A DNA stretch of 64,000 bases from Candidatus Vogelbacteria bacterium (GCA_903878275.1 CAIRHC010000009.1:11855-75854), one strand, 5' to 3'; shown: positions 46,818 through 55,551, counted from the stretch's first letter. A program made the numbers and translations. The notes: generated by a model from the sequence alone, not told the origin.

Positions 46818-46912
46818 GAAAAAATTGACTATATTACTAACTTATGATATTTAAAATAGATTTGTTTTGTGTTGAAAATCGGTCAATTTTGAAATGAAAG
46901 GAGTTTTGTGCA

Positions 46913-47293
46913 ATGAAAAGCGTAATCTCGGAAGCTAAAACATGGGAAGCCGATGTGACTATTACGTGCTATCTACGCTTGTCTGGTAACTCTTACACTC
47001 TGTATTTGGAAGTGTGCGATGACCACATGGAAGCAGAACACTGTTCCTTTTGCGGAGGGAAAGAATCCGCTCTGGTTGATGGCGTTTTATTCAATTATTC
47101 CTATCAACTTCTTCACATTGATAAAAATACTTATATCGATGTCCCTCTTGAAAGTCGTGAGGGGAAAAAAGTGGCGAGATTTTTTTTCTCGGCTATTTCT
47201 AAAGTTTTGAGGCGGCCCGCTTGCGGAAATTGTTATTCAAAACAGGATAAGGAATTCAAGAAGCTTTTGGAAAGGAGTGGTATAACGGTATAA
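46913..47293 (+). CDS. Hypothetical Cys-rich protein (126 aa; CxxC...CxxC, possible zinc ribbon)
   Basis: Good SD aaaggag 11 nt upstream. 'CSFCGG' and 'CGNCY' cysteine pairs. Confidence 0.5.
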   Translation: MKSVISEAKTWEADVTITCYLRLSGNSYTLYLEVCDDHMEAEHCSFCGGKESALVDGVLFNYSYQLLHIDKNTYIDVPLESREGKKVARFFFSAISKVLRRPACGNCYSKQDKEFKKLLERSGITV

Positions 47294-47343
47294 AACCCGC
47301 CTCGTAATTAACGACAAATTCGTCGTTAATTACGAGGCGGGTT
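47293..47343 (+). terminator. Very strong terminator: 23-bp perfect stem aaacccgcctcgtaattaacgac-aaat-tcgtcgttaattacgaggcgggttt
   Basis: Read directly; followed by gtttgttgtttc. Confidence 0.7.
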
Positions 47344-47376
47344 TGTTGTTTCTTGTTATTTATGTTATAATAATTA

Positions 47377-47686
47377 GACCTGTTATTGGGCAATTGCTCT
47401 GATGTAAAAGTCGGGGAGGAAAGTCCGAACACTTACTTCTAATTTATTAGAGGTTAAAAAGGTAGCGGGTAACGCCCGCCTGGGGTGACCCACGAGGTGC
47501 GAACAGAAACGACCCGGTTAAGTCCGGCTGAAACGGCAAAATCCTTACCAGAGTGCAAGGCCGTGCTCTATTTATAGAGAGTGCCGCTAGAGGCAAATAG
47601 TAATATTTGTCCCAGATAAATAATTGCCGTCCTAAACACCGCAAGGTGTAGGATACAGAATTCGGCTTATAGGTAGCAGGTTATCA
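47377..47686 (+). ncRNA. rnpB: RNase P RNA, bacterial type-A-like; boundaries are approximate (+/-15 nt)
   Basis: Universal P4 strands 'GGGGAGGAAAGTCCG' (47411-47425) and 'ACAGAATTCGGCTTAT' (47655-47670). 'GGGTAACGCCCGCCTGGGG' and 'CCCACGAGGTGCGAACAGAAAC' match E. coli 'GGUAACGCCUGGG' / 'CCCACGACCAGUGCAACAGAGA'. Proposed P1: gacctgttatt (47377-87) pairing with ggtagcaggtt (47672-82). The track ORF 47447-47644 inside it is spurious. Confidence 0.75.
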
Positions 47687-47687
47687 A

Positions 47688-47717
47688 AAAGCCCACCCTA
47701 AAGGTGAGGCTTTTTGT
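47688..47717 (+). terminator. Terminator gcccaccctaaaggtgaggc followed by TTTTT, right after rnpB
   Basis: Read directly. Confidence 0.5.
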
Positions 47718-47756
47718 GTACAAATATTACGAGGACCGTCCTTGTGCTATTTAAAA

Positions 47757-47781
47757 AATATCAAGGGGAGTCCTTGATATT
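47757..47781. repeat. REP-like hairpin copy 3 (aatatcaaggggagtccttgatatt), followed by a T6 run
   Basis: Exact third copy, in the same loop orientation as copies 1 and 2. Confidence 0.7.
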
Positions 47782-47786
47782 TTTTC

Positions 47787-47999
47787 TTAGTCGATTAATT
47801 TCCCTCTTTTTTCCTTTTTTTGTTTAAGCACTTTATCTTTCAATAGCTTTTGAATCTCGGTGATGCAGTACATTCGGTAGCGATTTTGCGGGTCTCTTTC
47901 GGATTTTAGTTTGCCGGCTTTGTCCCAGTTGCGCAAAGTCTCCACGGATACCCCGAGGATTTCAGCTGCCGATTTGATTGTCACCATTCCTTTTTTCAT
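47787..47999 (-). CDS. Small MerR/excisionase-type HTH DNA-binding protein
   Basis: 70 aa. 'TIKSAAEILGVSVETLRNWDKAGKL' is a MerR/Xis-type HTH. Confidence 0.5.
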   Translation of the reverse strand: MKKGMVTIKSAAEILGVSVETLRNWDKAGKLKSERDPQNRYRMYCITEIQKLLKDKVLKQKKEKRGKLID

Positions 48000-48068
48000 T
48001 GATTTTGTGGTATGATATGTTTTGAATCATACACTATTAATAATAATTTATAAACTAAATTTTTAAAA

Positions 48069-50561
48069 ATGGAACAAGAAAATAGGTCTAAAGCGTTTTT
48101 GTCATTTGATAATTTTTCCGTTTGGTTACTTACTGCCGGTTTGTTTTTATTACCAATTTTCAATTTGCCGTGGTGGGGCGTATCTATCGGGGTTAGTAAA
48201 ATGATGATGGTTGCGGTTTTCACTATTCTTGCACTAATTCTCTATTTATTTGGTCGTCTTCAGACCGGGCAATTTAGCCTACCCAAAAATGCGATAATTC
48301 TCGGAGCTCTCGGTGTGGCAGGCATTTCGTTGCTAGCTTCTTTTAGCTCGAGTTCTTTTATGGCGTCATTTCTCGGAGTTGGCTATGAGTTGGATACGTT
48401 CGTTACTATTTTTATTTTAGCTATTTTGCTGATTTTATTCAGTGTCAATTTTCAGTCTCACCGAAGATTTACCGCCGCTTACTTGGCAATTTTTAGCACC
48501 TTTGCTTTGTTTGTCGCCCTGCAAGTTTTAGCGGTTATGGTTTTGCGTTTTAATTTTTTACCAGATTGGCAATCTTTTTTTGCGATTTGGTTCAACAATC
48601 TTTCTTCCGTTTTGGTTGGCAAGTGGTATGACCTTGGAGTTTACGCTGGATTCATTCTTATTTCGTCGCTAGTATTTTTAGAATTATTTAATTTGAAAAA
48701 GAAACTGTTTTTTAAATTATTTATTTTTGTTTGCTTCATTCTTTCTTTAGCGTTGGTCGTTTTTGTTAATTACTGGTTGGTCTGGTTGGCGGTCGGTTTT
48801 TTCTCGCTTTTGATTTTCGTGTACAAGGTTTCTTTTTTGTCTCGTCGAAAAGAAGGGGAAGTTGGGTTATTTGTTAAAAAATCCAATTTTTCTTTTTATT
48901 CTCCACTTACTCTTTTGGTTGCGGTTTTGTTTGTGGTGTTGGGCGGACAATTTTCTACCTCATCAGCGGGCGGATCGATACTTGGTAATTATGTGACGAG
49001 TTTGAGGAGCCAGGTTGGCATAAACGTATTAGAGATCAGACCGTCTTGGACCGCTACCTCTCAACTTATCGAAAAAGTCTTACTGAAAAAACCTGTTTTG
49101 GGCGTCGGACCAAATCGTTTTACTTCGGAGTGGCTAAAATTTAAACCGAAAGAAATAAATAGCACGCCTTTTTGGGCAACAGAATTTAATTATGGGGTTG
49201 GTTTGGTGCCGACAATGCTCATAACTAGTGGTCTTCTCGGCTTGTTGTCTTGGTTCCTTCTTTTCCTTGCAATTATTTATTACGGCGGGCGATTTGTTTT
49301 TTCTATCAAGCAGGACAAAAGTACCCGTGCCGTTCTTTTCTTGTCTTTTTTTGGCTCGATTTATTTGTGGTTTTTTACTATTTTTTATGTTCCCGATATC
49401 GCACTATTGGCGCTGGCTTTTATCGTGACCGGTTTATTTGTGTCGGCGCTTGCCGATGCCGAGTTGGTTAAAAATATTAATTGGCACTTTGCCAAAGATC
49501 CAAAGTCAAATTTTATCTCGGTATTATTTTTTACCGGACTAGTTATTTTTTCTATTATTGGTGGAGCCCTTTTAGTTCAAAGATTTAGTTCGGTCTATGT
49601 TTATCAAAATGGTCTCTTTGTTTTAAATACGACTGGCGATTTGGACAAATCGAGCGAGCTGATTCGGCGAGCTATCGGGATGTCGGAGCAAGATTTTTAT
49701 TATCGTGCACTGTCGGAAATTGATACATTGCAGATAAATAAACTTTTGGCGACCAAAGATATCTTACCAGAAGAACTAAAATCAAAATTCAAAACCCTTT
49801 TTGATTTGACTATTGCTGATGCCAAAAAAGCGACCGAGCTTGATCCGACTGATTATCAAAACTGGCTATTTTTAGGTAAAGCTTATGAGGTGGTGGTTCC
49901 GCTCGGTATCAAAGGTGCTTACGAGGAAGGAAAAAAAGCGTTTGCTCAAGCTGAAATTTTGAATCCGACCAATCCGGCAATCCAGCTTAATTATTTTGCC
50001 CAGCTCGAATTGAATAATAAAAATGTTAAAAATGCCAAAGATTATATCAACAAATCATTGCAACTAAAAAATGATTATGCGCCGGCGGTGTTGCTGTTGT
50101 CGCAAATCGATGTAAACGATGGCAATGCCGATCAAGCTATAAAAAGACTAGAAGCTTTTGCTGCTACTTATCCGCAATATGTCGATGCTAATATTCTTTT
50201 TCAGTTGGGTTATTTAGATTATCGTCAGTCTTATTTCCAGAAAGCGGTTTCGGCTTTATCGCAAGCGGTGGCGATGATGCCCGGTTATGCCAATGCTAAA
50301 TATTTCTTAGGTTTGAGTTACGATGGTTTGGGTAAAAAAGATTTGGCACGCCAGCAATTTGAAGAAATTTTAAAATCTAATCCAAACAATAAAGAAATAA
50401 TTCAAATCCTAAATAATTTACAAAGTGGTCGGAGCGCGGTGGAGGGGACAAATGTTTTTTCGATTACCAGACCGCTTACTGACGCTGCTACAACGACAGC
50501 GACCACGACCAAAGCCACTCCTTCTCCCAAAATATTACCGAAGGCGGTAAAAAAATCTTAA
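48069..50561 (+). CDS. Polytopic membrane protein (O-antigen-ligase/polymerase-like N-terminal region) fused to C-terminal TPR repeats
   Basis: 830 aa. About 12 TM helices, then TPR-like repeats ('DYQNWLFLGKAYE', 'AKYFLGLSYDGLGKKDLARQQFEEILKSNPNN'). Confidence 0.45.
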   Translation: MEQENRSKAFLSFDNFSVWLLTAGLFLLPIFNLPWWGVSIGVSKMMMVAVFTILALILYLFGRLQTGQFSLPKNAIILGALGVAGISLLASFSSSSFMASFLGVGYELDTFVTIFILAILLILFSVNFQSHRRFTAAYLAIFSTFALFVALQVLAVMVLRFNFLPDWQSFFAIWFNNLSSVLVGKWYDLGVYAGFILISSLVFLELFNLKKKLFFKLFIFVCFILSLALVVFVNYWLVWLAVGFFSLLIFVYKVSFLSRRKEGEVGLFVKKSNFSFYSPLTLLVAVLFVVLGGQFSTSSAGGSILGNYVTSLRSQVGINVLEIRPSWTATSQLIEKVLLKKPVLGVGPNRFTSEWLKFKPKEINSTPFWATEFNYGVGLVPTMLITSGLLGLLSWFLLFLAIIYYGGRFVFSIKQDKSTRAVLFLSFFGSIYLWFFTIFYVPDIALLALAFIVTGLFVSALADAELVKNINWHFAKDPKSNFISVLFFTGLVIFSIIGGALLVQRFSSVYVYQNGLFVLNTTGDLDKSSELIRRAIGMSEQDFYYRALSEIDTLQINKLLATKDILPEELKSKFKTLFDLTIADAKKATELDPTDYQNWLFLGKAYEVVVPLGIKGAYEEGKKAFAQAEILNPTNPAIQLNYFAQLELNNKNVKNAKDYINKSLQLKNDYAPAVLLLSQIDVNDGNADQAIKRLEAFAATYPQYVDANILFQLGYLDYRQSYFQKAVSALSQAVAMMPGYANAKYFLGLSYDGLGKKDLARQQFEEILKSNPNNKEIIQILNNLQSGRSAVEGTNVFSITRPLTDAATTTATTTKATPSPKILPKAVKKS

Positions 50562-50567
50562 ACAGTT

Positions 50568-52253
50568 ATGGTCAAAGGGATTCTGAAAATTCTGCATAAA
50601 GATTTTAACGGCTTGCATGAAGCGGCAATTTTACTCGGTTTATCTTCGGTGTTGTCGCAATTGTTGGCGTTGATTCGCGATCGTCTTTTGGCGTCATCTT
50701 TTGGTGCGAGCTCCCAACTAGATATTTATTACAGTGCTTTTCGGATTCCCGATTTGGTTTATGTGACGATCGCCTCGTTTGTGTCTATTACTGTGATCGT
50801 TCCTTTTTTAATCAAAAAAATAGAAAAAGACGAACTAGCCGAATCGAAAAAATTCTTGAGTGCCGTCTTTAGTCTTTTTAGTTTAGTAATGATTGTGGTG
50901 GTGTTTGCTCTTTATTTTTTAATGCCATACCTTTCGCACTTGGTAGCGCCTGGTTTTAGCGGTGATGCCAAAATGAAACTGGTTGATTTGTCGCGAATTC
51001 TTCTGTTGTCACCGTTTTTGCTTGGTCTGTCAAATTTGTTTGGTGGTGTAACTCAAACCTATAAAAAATTTTTACTTTTTTCGCTAAGTCCAATTTTGTA
51101 CAATATCGGCATTATCTCTGGCATTATGTTTCTTTATCCGATTTTTGGTTTAACCGGTTTGGTCTGGGGCGTAATTTTAGGAGCTTGTTTGCATTTAATA
51201 ATCCAGTTACCTTTTATGATCAAAATTGGTTTCCTTCCAACTTTATCTTTTAAAGTTATTAAAAATAATTTCAAACAGCTGTCGGAAGTTGTTGTAATTT
51301 CTTTGCCTCGTACCTTAGCTTTGTCGGTCCATCAAATTTCTTTGCTGGTTTTGGTGGCAATGGCATCTTATTTTGGTAAAGGGGCAATCGCGGTTTTTAA
51401 TTTTTCTTTTAATCTGCAATCGGTACCGCTGACGATTATCGGCGTTAGCTATTCGGTCGCCGCTTTTCCTACCTTATCACGATTATATTCTGGCGGAAAG
51501 ATTGATAAATTTTTAGAGCAAATTTCGACCGCTGGCCGGCATATTTTGTTTTGGTCAATGCCCGCAATGGTGATGTTTATTGTTTTGCGAGCTCAAGTGG
51601 TGCGGGTAATTTTGGGTTCTGGTCATTTTGATTGGTCAGCGACTCGGCTCACGGCGGCGTGTCTGGCCTTATTTGCGATTTCTGTTTTTGCTCAATGTTT
51701 AATTTTATTGTTTGTTCGCGCTTATTATGCTGGTGGTAAAACCGCCAAACCGCTTGTGGTCAATGGCATCTCTTCGCTTTTAGTAATTGCGATGGCTTTT
51801 GTTTTTCAAAAAATATTTATTTCTTTTCCGGTTGCCCAACCTTTTTTGGAAAAAATATTTAGGGTTGAAGGCTTGGCGGGGACTGAAGTTTTGTTGTTGC
51901 CACTCGCTTTTTCGGTGGCAATGATTTTTAATGTTTTTGCCTTGTGGTTTTTATTTGTTCGAGATTTTGGCAGAGTTGGTTTTATGGGGCGGACTTTTTT
52001 CCAATCCCTCGTTGCTTCTATCATTGGTGGCGTCGTTTCTTATTTTTCGCTGACTGTTTTTGCTGGAATGTTTAATATTAATACGTTTTGGGGCGTTTTT
52101 GCCCAAGGCTTTTTTGCCGGCTTGATCGGGCTATTTATGATCTCAATTATTCTCTGGTTTTCTAAAAATAATGAAATCAGAGAGCTAGGCTCATCTTTGA
52201 CTAAAAAAATCTGGAAAGCCGAAACGATTATGCCAGAGCAAGAAGAGCTTTAG
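50568..52253 (+). CDS. murJ: Lipid II flippase MurJ (MviN)
   Basis: 'LSSVLSQLLALIRDRLLASSFGASSQLDIYYSAFRIPDLVY' N-terminus, 14-TM MOP-superfamily profile. Confidence 0.7.
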   Translation: MVKGILKILHKDFNGLHEAAILLGLSSVLSQLLALIRDRLLASSFGASSQLDIYYSAFRIPDLVYVTIASFVSITVIVPFLIKKIEKDELAESKKFLSAVFSLFSLVMIVVVFALYFLMPYLSHLVAPGFSGDAKMKLVDLSRILLLSPFLLGLSNLFGGVTQTYKKFLLFSLSPILYNIGIISGIMFLYPIFGLTGLVWGVILGACLHLIIQLPFMIKIGFLPTLSFKVIKNNFKQLSEVVVISLPRTLALSVHQISLLVLVAMASYFGKGAIAVFNFSFNLQSVPLTIIGVSYSVAAFPTLSRLYSGGKIDKFLEQISTAGRHILFWSMPAMVMFIVLRAQVVRVILGSGHFDWSATRLTAACLALFAISVFAQCLILLFVRAYYAGGKTAKPLVVNGISSLLVIAMAFVFQKIFISFPVAQPFLEKIFRVEGLAGTEVLLLPLAFSVAMIFNVFALWFLFVRDFGRVGFMGRTFFQSLVASIIGGVVSYFSLTVFAGMFNINTFWGVFAQGFFAGLIGLFMISIILWFSKNNEIRELGSSLTKKIWKAETIMPEQEEL

Positions 52254-52341
52254 TTGTGTGGCAAAAAAGCGATTTTTACGCTAGGATAGTATGGTATTGC
52301 CCCGATAGTACAGCAAGCTGACTACGGGGTAAAAATTAAAA

Positions 52342-54144
52342 ATGAATTTAGAACATATCAGAAATTTTAGTATTATCGCCCACATTGACCACGGCAAATC
52401 GACCTTAGCTGATCGGCTTTTGGAGATGACTGGGACTATTCCTAAGCGTCAAATGAAAGAGCAGGTTTTGGATTCGATGGAGCTTGAGCGGGAGCGGGGA
52501 ATTACGATCAAGATGCAACCTGTCCGTTTGGCTTATAAATATCAAGGTGAGGAATATGAGCTAAATTTAATTGATACACCTGGACATATCGATTTTTCTT
52601 ATGAGGTGTCACGATCGTTGCAGGCTGTGGAAGGAGTGATTTTGCTTGTCGATGCAACCCAAGGCGTACAAGCCCAAACTCTCACCGTGCTCGCTATGGC
52701 ACAGGATTTGGAGCTAAGGATTATTCCAGTATTAAATAAAATAGATTTACCGCTTGCTCAAGTCGAAGAAGTAAAAGATGAAATGGTCAAATTGCTTGGC
52801 TGTGATCGAGAAGAAATTATTTCGGTTTCTGGTAAAACGGGCGAAGGTGTCGAAAAATTACTAGAAGAAATTGTCAAACTTTTACCTCCGCCCAAAAGTG
52901 AATTTTTGGGCAGTGCCGGCGCTCGGGCGCTTGTTTTTGATTTTGAATATTCGATTCACAAGGGCGTCATCGTCTATGTGCGAATTTTAGATGGTACTAT
53001 CAAAAAAAATGATTCGTTAGTTTTCAGCGCTTCGGGCGAAAAATTTGTCGCGCTTGAAGTTGGTGTTTTTTCACCTCAAAAAACCGCTAAAGAGGTTTTG
53101 TTGGCTGGTGATATTGGTTATGTCGTGACAGGTGTTAAAGAGCGAGGTCAAACTAGGGTTGGCGACACAGTGACCAAAGTTTTGTCGCCATTGCCAGCGG
53201 TGCCGGGTTATCGTCCGCCAAAACCGGTTGTTTGGGCGTCGGTTTATTCCGAGAGTCAAGATGATTTTGCTTTACTTAAACAATCTCTGGAAAGATTAAA
53301 TTTACAAGATTCCTCGCTGTCTTTTGAGGAAGAATATTCTGGTTCGCTTGGGCGTGGTTTTCGGTGCGGTTTTTTGGGAATGCTTCATTTGGAAATTATT
53401 ACCGAAAGATTAAAGCGCGAATTTAATTTAATTTTAATCGTCACGACGCCGACAATTAGTTATGAAATTATTGACAACCGAACTGGTGCCAAAGAATTAG
53501 CTTATTCACCACATCTTTTTCCCAAAGAAACAAAAGATAAAAATATTTTAGAGCCGTGGGTGGTGGTAAAAATAATTACTCCAGTTCGGTTTTTGGGTCA
53601 AATTATGCCTCTTTTGTATGAACACGAAGCGGTGGTGACGATGACTGAAAATTTTGGTGACAATCGTTCGGCACTTGATTTGGAAATGCCGTTGCGGGAG
53701 CTGATGCGTAATTTTTTTGATGAAATAAAAAGTGTGTCGTCTGGTTTTGCGTCTTTGTCTTATGAAATTACCGATAACCGTTCGGCGGACGTTATTAGGC
53801 TTGATGTCCTTTTGAATGGCGAGGTTGTTCCGGCTTTTTCGCGGATCGTACCAAGACGTCGAGCGGAAAGAGAAGCCGAAGAAATGGCGGAAAAACTAAA
53901 AGAGTTTTTGCCAAAACAAATGATTGTCGTTAAAATTCAAGTAGAAGGAATGGGGCGGATTATTTCAGCCCGATCGATTTCGGCTTTGAAAAAAGATGTC
54001 ACCGGTTATCTTTATGGCGGTGATATAACGCGAAAAATGAAATTGCTAGAAAAACAGAAAAAAGGCAAAAAGAAAATGCAGGCACACGGTAAAGTGAATG
54101 TGCCGCACGAAGTTTTTCTTAAAATGATGAAGCCGTCTTCTTAA
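52342..54144 (+). CDS. lepA: Elongation factor 4 (LepA)
   Basis: 'IRNFSIIAHIDHGKSTLADRLL', 'DTPGHIDF', and the LepA-specific C-terminal domain. Confidence 0.95.
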   Translation: MNLEHIRNFSIIAHIDHGKSTLADRLLEMTGTIPKRQMKEQVLDSMELERERGITIKMQPVRLAYKYQGEEYELNLIDTPGHIDFSYEVSRSLQAVEGVILLVDATQGVQAQTLTVLAMAQDLELRIIPVLNKIDLPLAQVEEVKDEMVKLLGCDREEIISVSGKTGEGVEKLLEEIVKLLPPPKSEFLGSAGARALVFDFEYSIHKGVIVYVRILDGTIKKNDSLVFSASGEKFVALEVGVFSPQKTAKEVLLAGDIGYVVTGVKERGQTRVGDTVTKVLSPLPAVPGYRPPKPVVWASVYSESQDDFALLKQSLERLNLQDSSLSFEEEYSGSLGRGFRCGFLGMLHLEIITERLKREFNLILIVTTPTISYEIIDNRTGAKELAYSPHLFPKETKDKNILEPWVVVKIITPVRFLGQIMPLLYEHEAVVTMTENFGDNRSALDLEMPLRELMRNFFDEIKSVSSGFASLSYEITDNRSADVIRLDVLLNGEVVPAFSRIVPRRRAEREAEEMAEKLKEFLPKQMIVVKIQVEGMGRIISARSISALKKDVTGYLYGGDITRKMKLLEKQKKGKKKMQAHGKVNVPHEVFLKMMKPSS

Positions 54145-54147
54145 AGA

Positions 54148-54258
54148 CTAACGGTAAAGAGCGGGGATATAGACCGCGACCATCCCGATAATCATCAGGA
54201 CAACCAAGATCGTCATCATTACTTGCATTTTTTTTCTATTTTTACTGCCGAAAAACAT
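54148..54258 (-). CDS. Candidate micro-ORF (36 aa) encoding a single-TM hydrophobic peptide MFFGSKNRKKMQVMMTILVVLMIIGMVAVYIPALYR
   Basis: Hand-translated from the minus strand; too short for the ORF track. No obvious SD. Confidence 0.2.
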   Translation of the reverse strand: MFFGSKNRKKMQVMMTILVVLMIIGMVAVYIPALYR

Positions 54259-54291
54259 ATAAAAGAGTATATCATTTTAAATTAAAAAATA

Positions 54292-54402
54292 ATACTCGTC
54301 ATCCTCTTATTTAGGGTACAGATTTTTCGAAGCTTGAAAAATCCTGAAGTTCTCAGCTCGACAGCTTCGAAACCCCCTAAATAAGAGATGGACTCGTGTC
54401 AT
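54292..54402. repeat. Nested inverted-repeat element: outer arms atactcgtcatcctcttatttaggg / ccctaaataagagatggactcgtgtcat enclosing inner palindromes (ttcgaagcttgaa ... agcttcgaa)
   Basis: Read directly. The ~25-nt imperfect arms are separated by 58 nt that contain further dyad symmetry. Confidence 0.5.
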
Positions 54403-54453
54403 TTTTTAATTTAAAATTAGGGAGTTGGGAGAGGGAAAGAAGATAATTTTAAT

Positions 54454-54822
54454 ATGGCAAATTTTCAAGGAAAAAAAAGACGAAGAATTTCGCATCTTTC
54501 ACCGCTCGTGCTTGGGCTGCTGGTTATTTTTTTGATAATTATTTTGCGTGCCACTTGGGGAGTTTATCAAAAATCTATTATTGCCGAGGAAAATCTATCA
54601 TCGTCGAACAAAAAAATAAAAGAAATTACCGATCGCAAAAATAGCCTGCAAGAAAGTTTGGATCGGTTTAAAACTGCTCGAGGAATTGAAGAAGAAATTC
54701 GAACCAATTTATCTGTCGTAAAAAACGGCGAGAAGGTGATAAATATTATGGACGGTGATGAAACAGCCACGACCGCGACTTCGACGGTCAAAAAACAAAA
54801 TCCGTGGTGGCATTTTTGGTAA
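54454..54822 (+). CDS. Septum formation initiator family protein (FtsB/DivIC-like)
   Basis: 122 aa. N-terminal TM, then a coiled coil and 'IEEEIRTNLSVVKNGEKVINI', similar to the FtsB/DivIC beta-strand motif. Confidence 0.45.
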   Translation: MANFQGKKRRRISHLSPLVLGLLVIFLIIILRATWGVYQKSIIAEENLSSSNKKIKEITDRKNSLQESLDRFKTARGIEEEIRTNLSVVKNGEKVINIMDGDETATTATSTVKKQNPWWHFW

Positions 54823-54859
54823 TTGATAAGTTTGCTGGTTTTTAATAAGATAAGATAAG

Positions 54860-54933
54860 GCGGGTATGGTTTAGTGGTAAAATATGTGCTTCCCAAGCAT
54901 AGGACGGGAGTTCGATTCTCCCTACCCGCACCA
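54860..54933 (+). tRNA. tRNA-Gly (anticodon CCC), CCA encoded
   Basis: Acceptor gcgggta/tacccgc, anticodon stem tgtgc/gcata with loop ttCCCaa, T-arm gggag-ttcgatt-ctccc, then aCCA. Confidence 0.75.
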
Positions 54934-54940
54934 AAAAATT

Positions 54941-55234
54941 ATGTCAGAAAAATTTAAAAGAAAAATTGAAGATTTTACTTGTCTAAATTGTTTTGCCGAG
55001 GTCGTGGGCAATGGTTTTACCAATCATTGTCCGAAGTGCCTGTGGTGCAAGCATGTGGATATTCACCCTGGCGATCGCTCAAATCCTTGCCAAGGAGCAA
55101 TGGAGCCGATTGGAGTTGAGTTCGAGAAGGGTGAGTATCTAGTTGTACACCAATGTGAAAAATGCGGGGTTAATACCCGGACCAAGGCACAACCGGGGGA
55201 TGATATTGCTGGCTTTTTGGCAAATATGCTATAA
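54941..55234 (+). CDS. RNHCP-domain zinc-ribbon protein (start after the tRNA; the track ORF N-terminus overlapping the tRNA is spurious)
   Basis: 'FTCLNCF...GFTNHCPKCLWCKH...HQCEKCG' carries the RNHCP signature. Confidence 0.5.
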   Translation: MSEKFKRKIEDFTCLNCFAEVVGNGFTNHCPKCLWCKHVDIHPGDRSNPCQGAMEPIGVEFEKGEYLVVHQCEKCGVNTRTKAQPGDDIAGFLANML

Positions 55235-55243
55235 TATAGATCT

Positions 55244-55480
55244 ATGAAAAAAGTACAAATATATTCGTCACCAAATTGTGTTTATTGTAAAATGGCCAAG
55301 GCTTTTTTGGATGATCACAAAGTAGCTTATGAAGAGTTTGATGTTTTAGCTAACGTAGAGAAGCGTCAGGAAATGATCGAAAAAAGCGGTCAAATGGGTG
55401 TGCCGGTATTGGTGATTGGTGAAGATGAGGTGATGGTTGGCTTTGATGAAAACCATCTTAAGATTCTTTTAGGAATATAA
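55244..55480 (+). CDS. Glutaredoxin-like protein (NrdH/YruB family)
   Basis: 78 aa, 'IYSSPNCVYCKMAKAFL' CxxC active site, 'GVPVLVIGEDEVMVGF'. Confidence 0.7.
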   Translation: MKKVQIYSSPNCVYCKMAKAFLDDHKVAYEEFDVLANVEKRQEMIEKSGQMGVPVLVIGEDEVMVGFDENHLKILLGI

Positions 55481-55511
55481 TTTTTGTTTTAAGTAAAAAT
55501 ATGGCAGAATA

Positions 55512-55535
55512 AAAGGGGATTAGTCCCCTTTTATT
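55512..55535 (+). terminator. Terminator aagggga-ttag-tcccctt followed by a T-run
   Basis: Read directly. Confidence 0.5.
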
Positions 55536-55551
55536 TGTCTAAAATTTAGTT

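Noticed and set aside
46441-46912. Cobalamin riboswitch, SRP RNA, tmRNA or 6S RNA identity for the repeat tract
   Set aside because: No B12 box (GCCACTG-like), no GGAAGCAGCCA SRP domain IV, and no tRNA-like GGTTCGA-TCC/ACCA end. The repetitive unit structure does not fit any of these.
47447-47644. 65-aa minus-strand ORF
   Set aside because: It sits entirely inside the RNase P RNA gene.
54884-54940. N-terminal part of track ORF 54884-55234; likewise 56961-57191 and the first 42 codons of 61809-62180
   Set aside because: These segments are translations of tRNA-Gly, tRNA-Phe and tRNA-Ser genes respectively. The real CDS starts were moved downstream, or the ORF was dropped.
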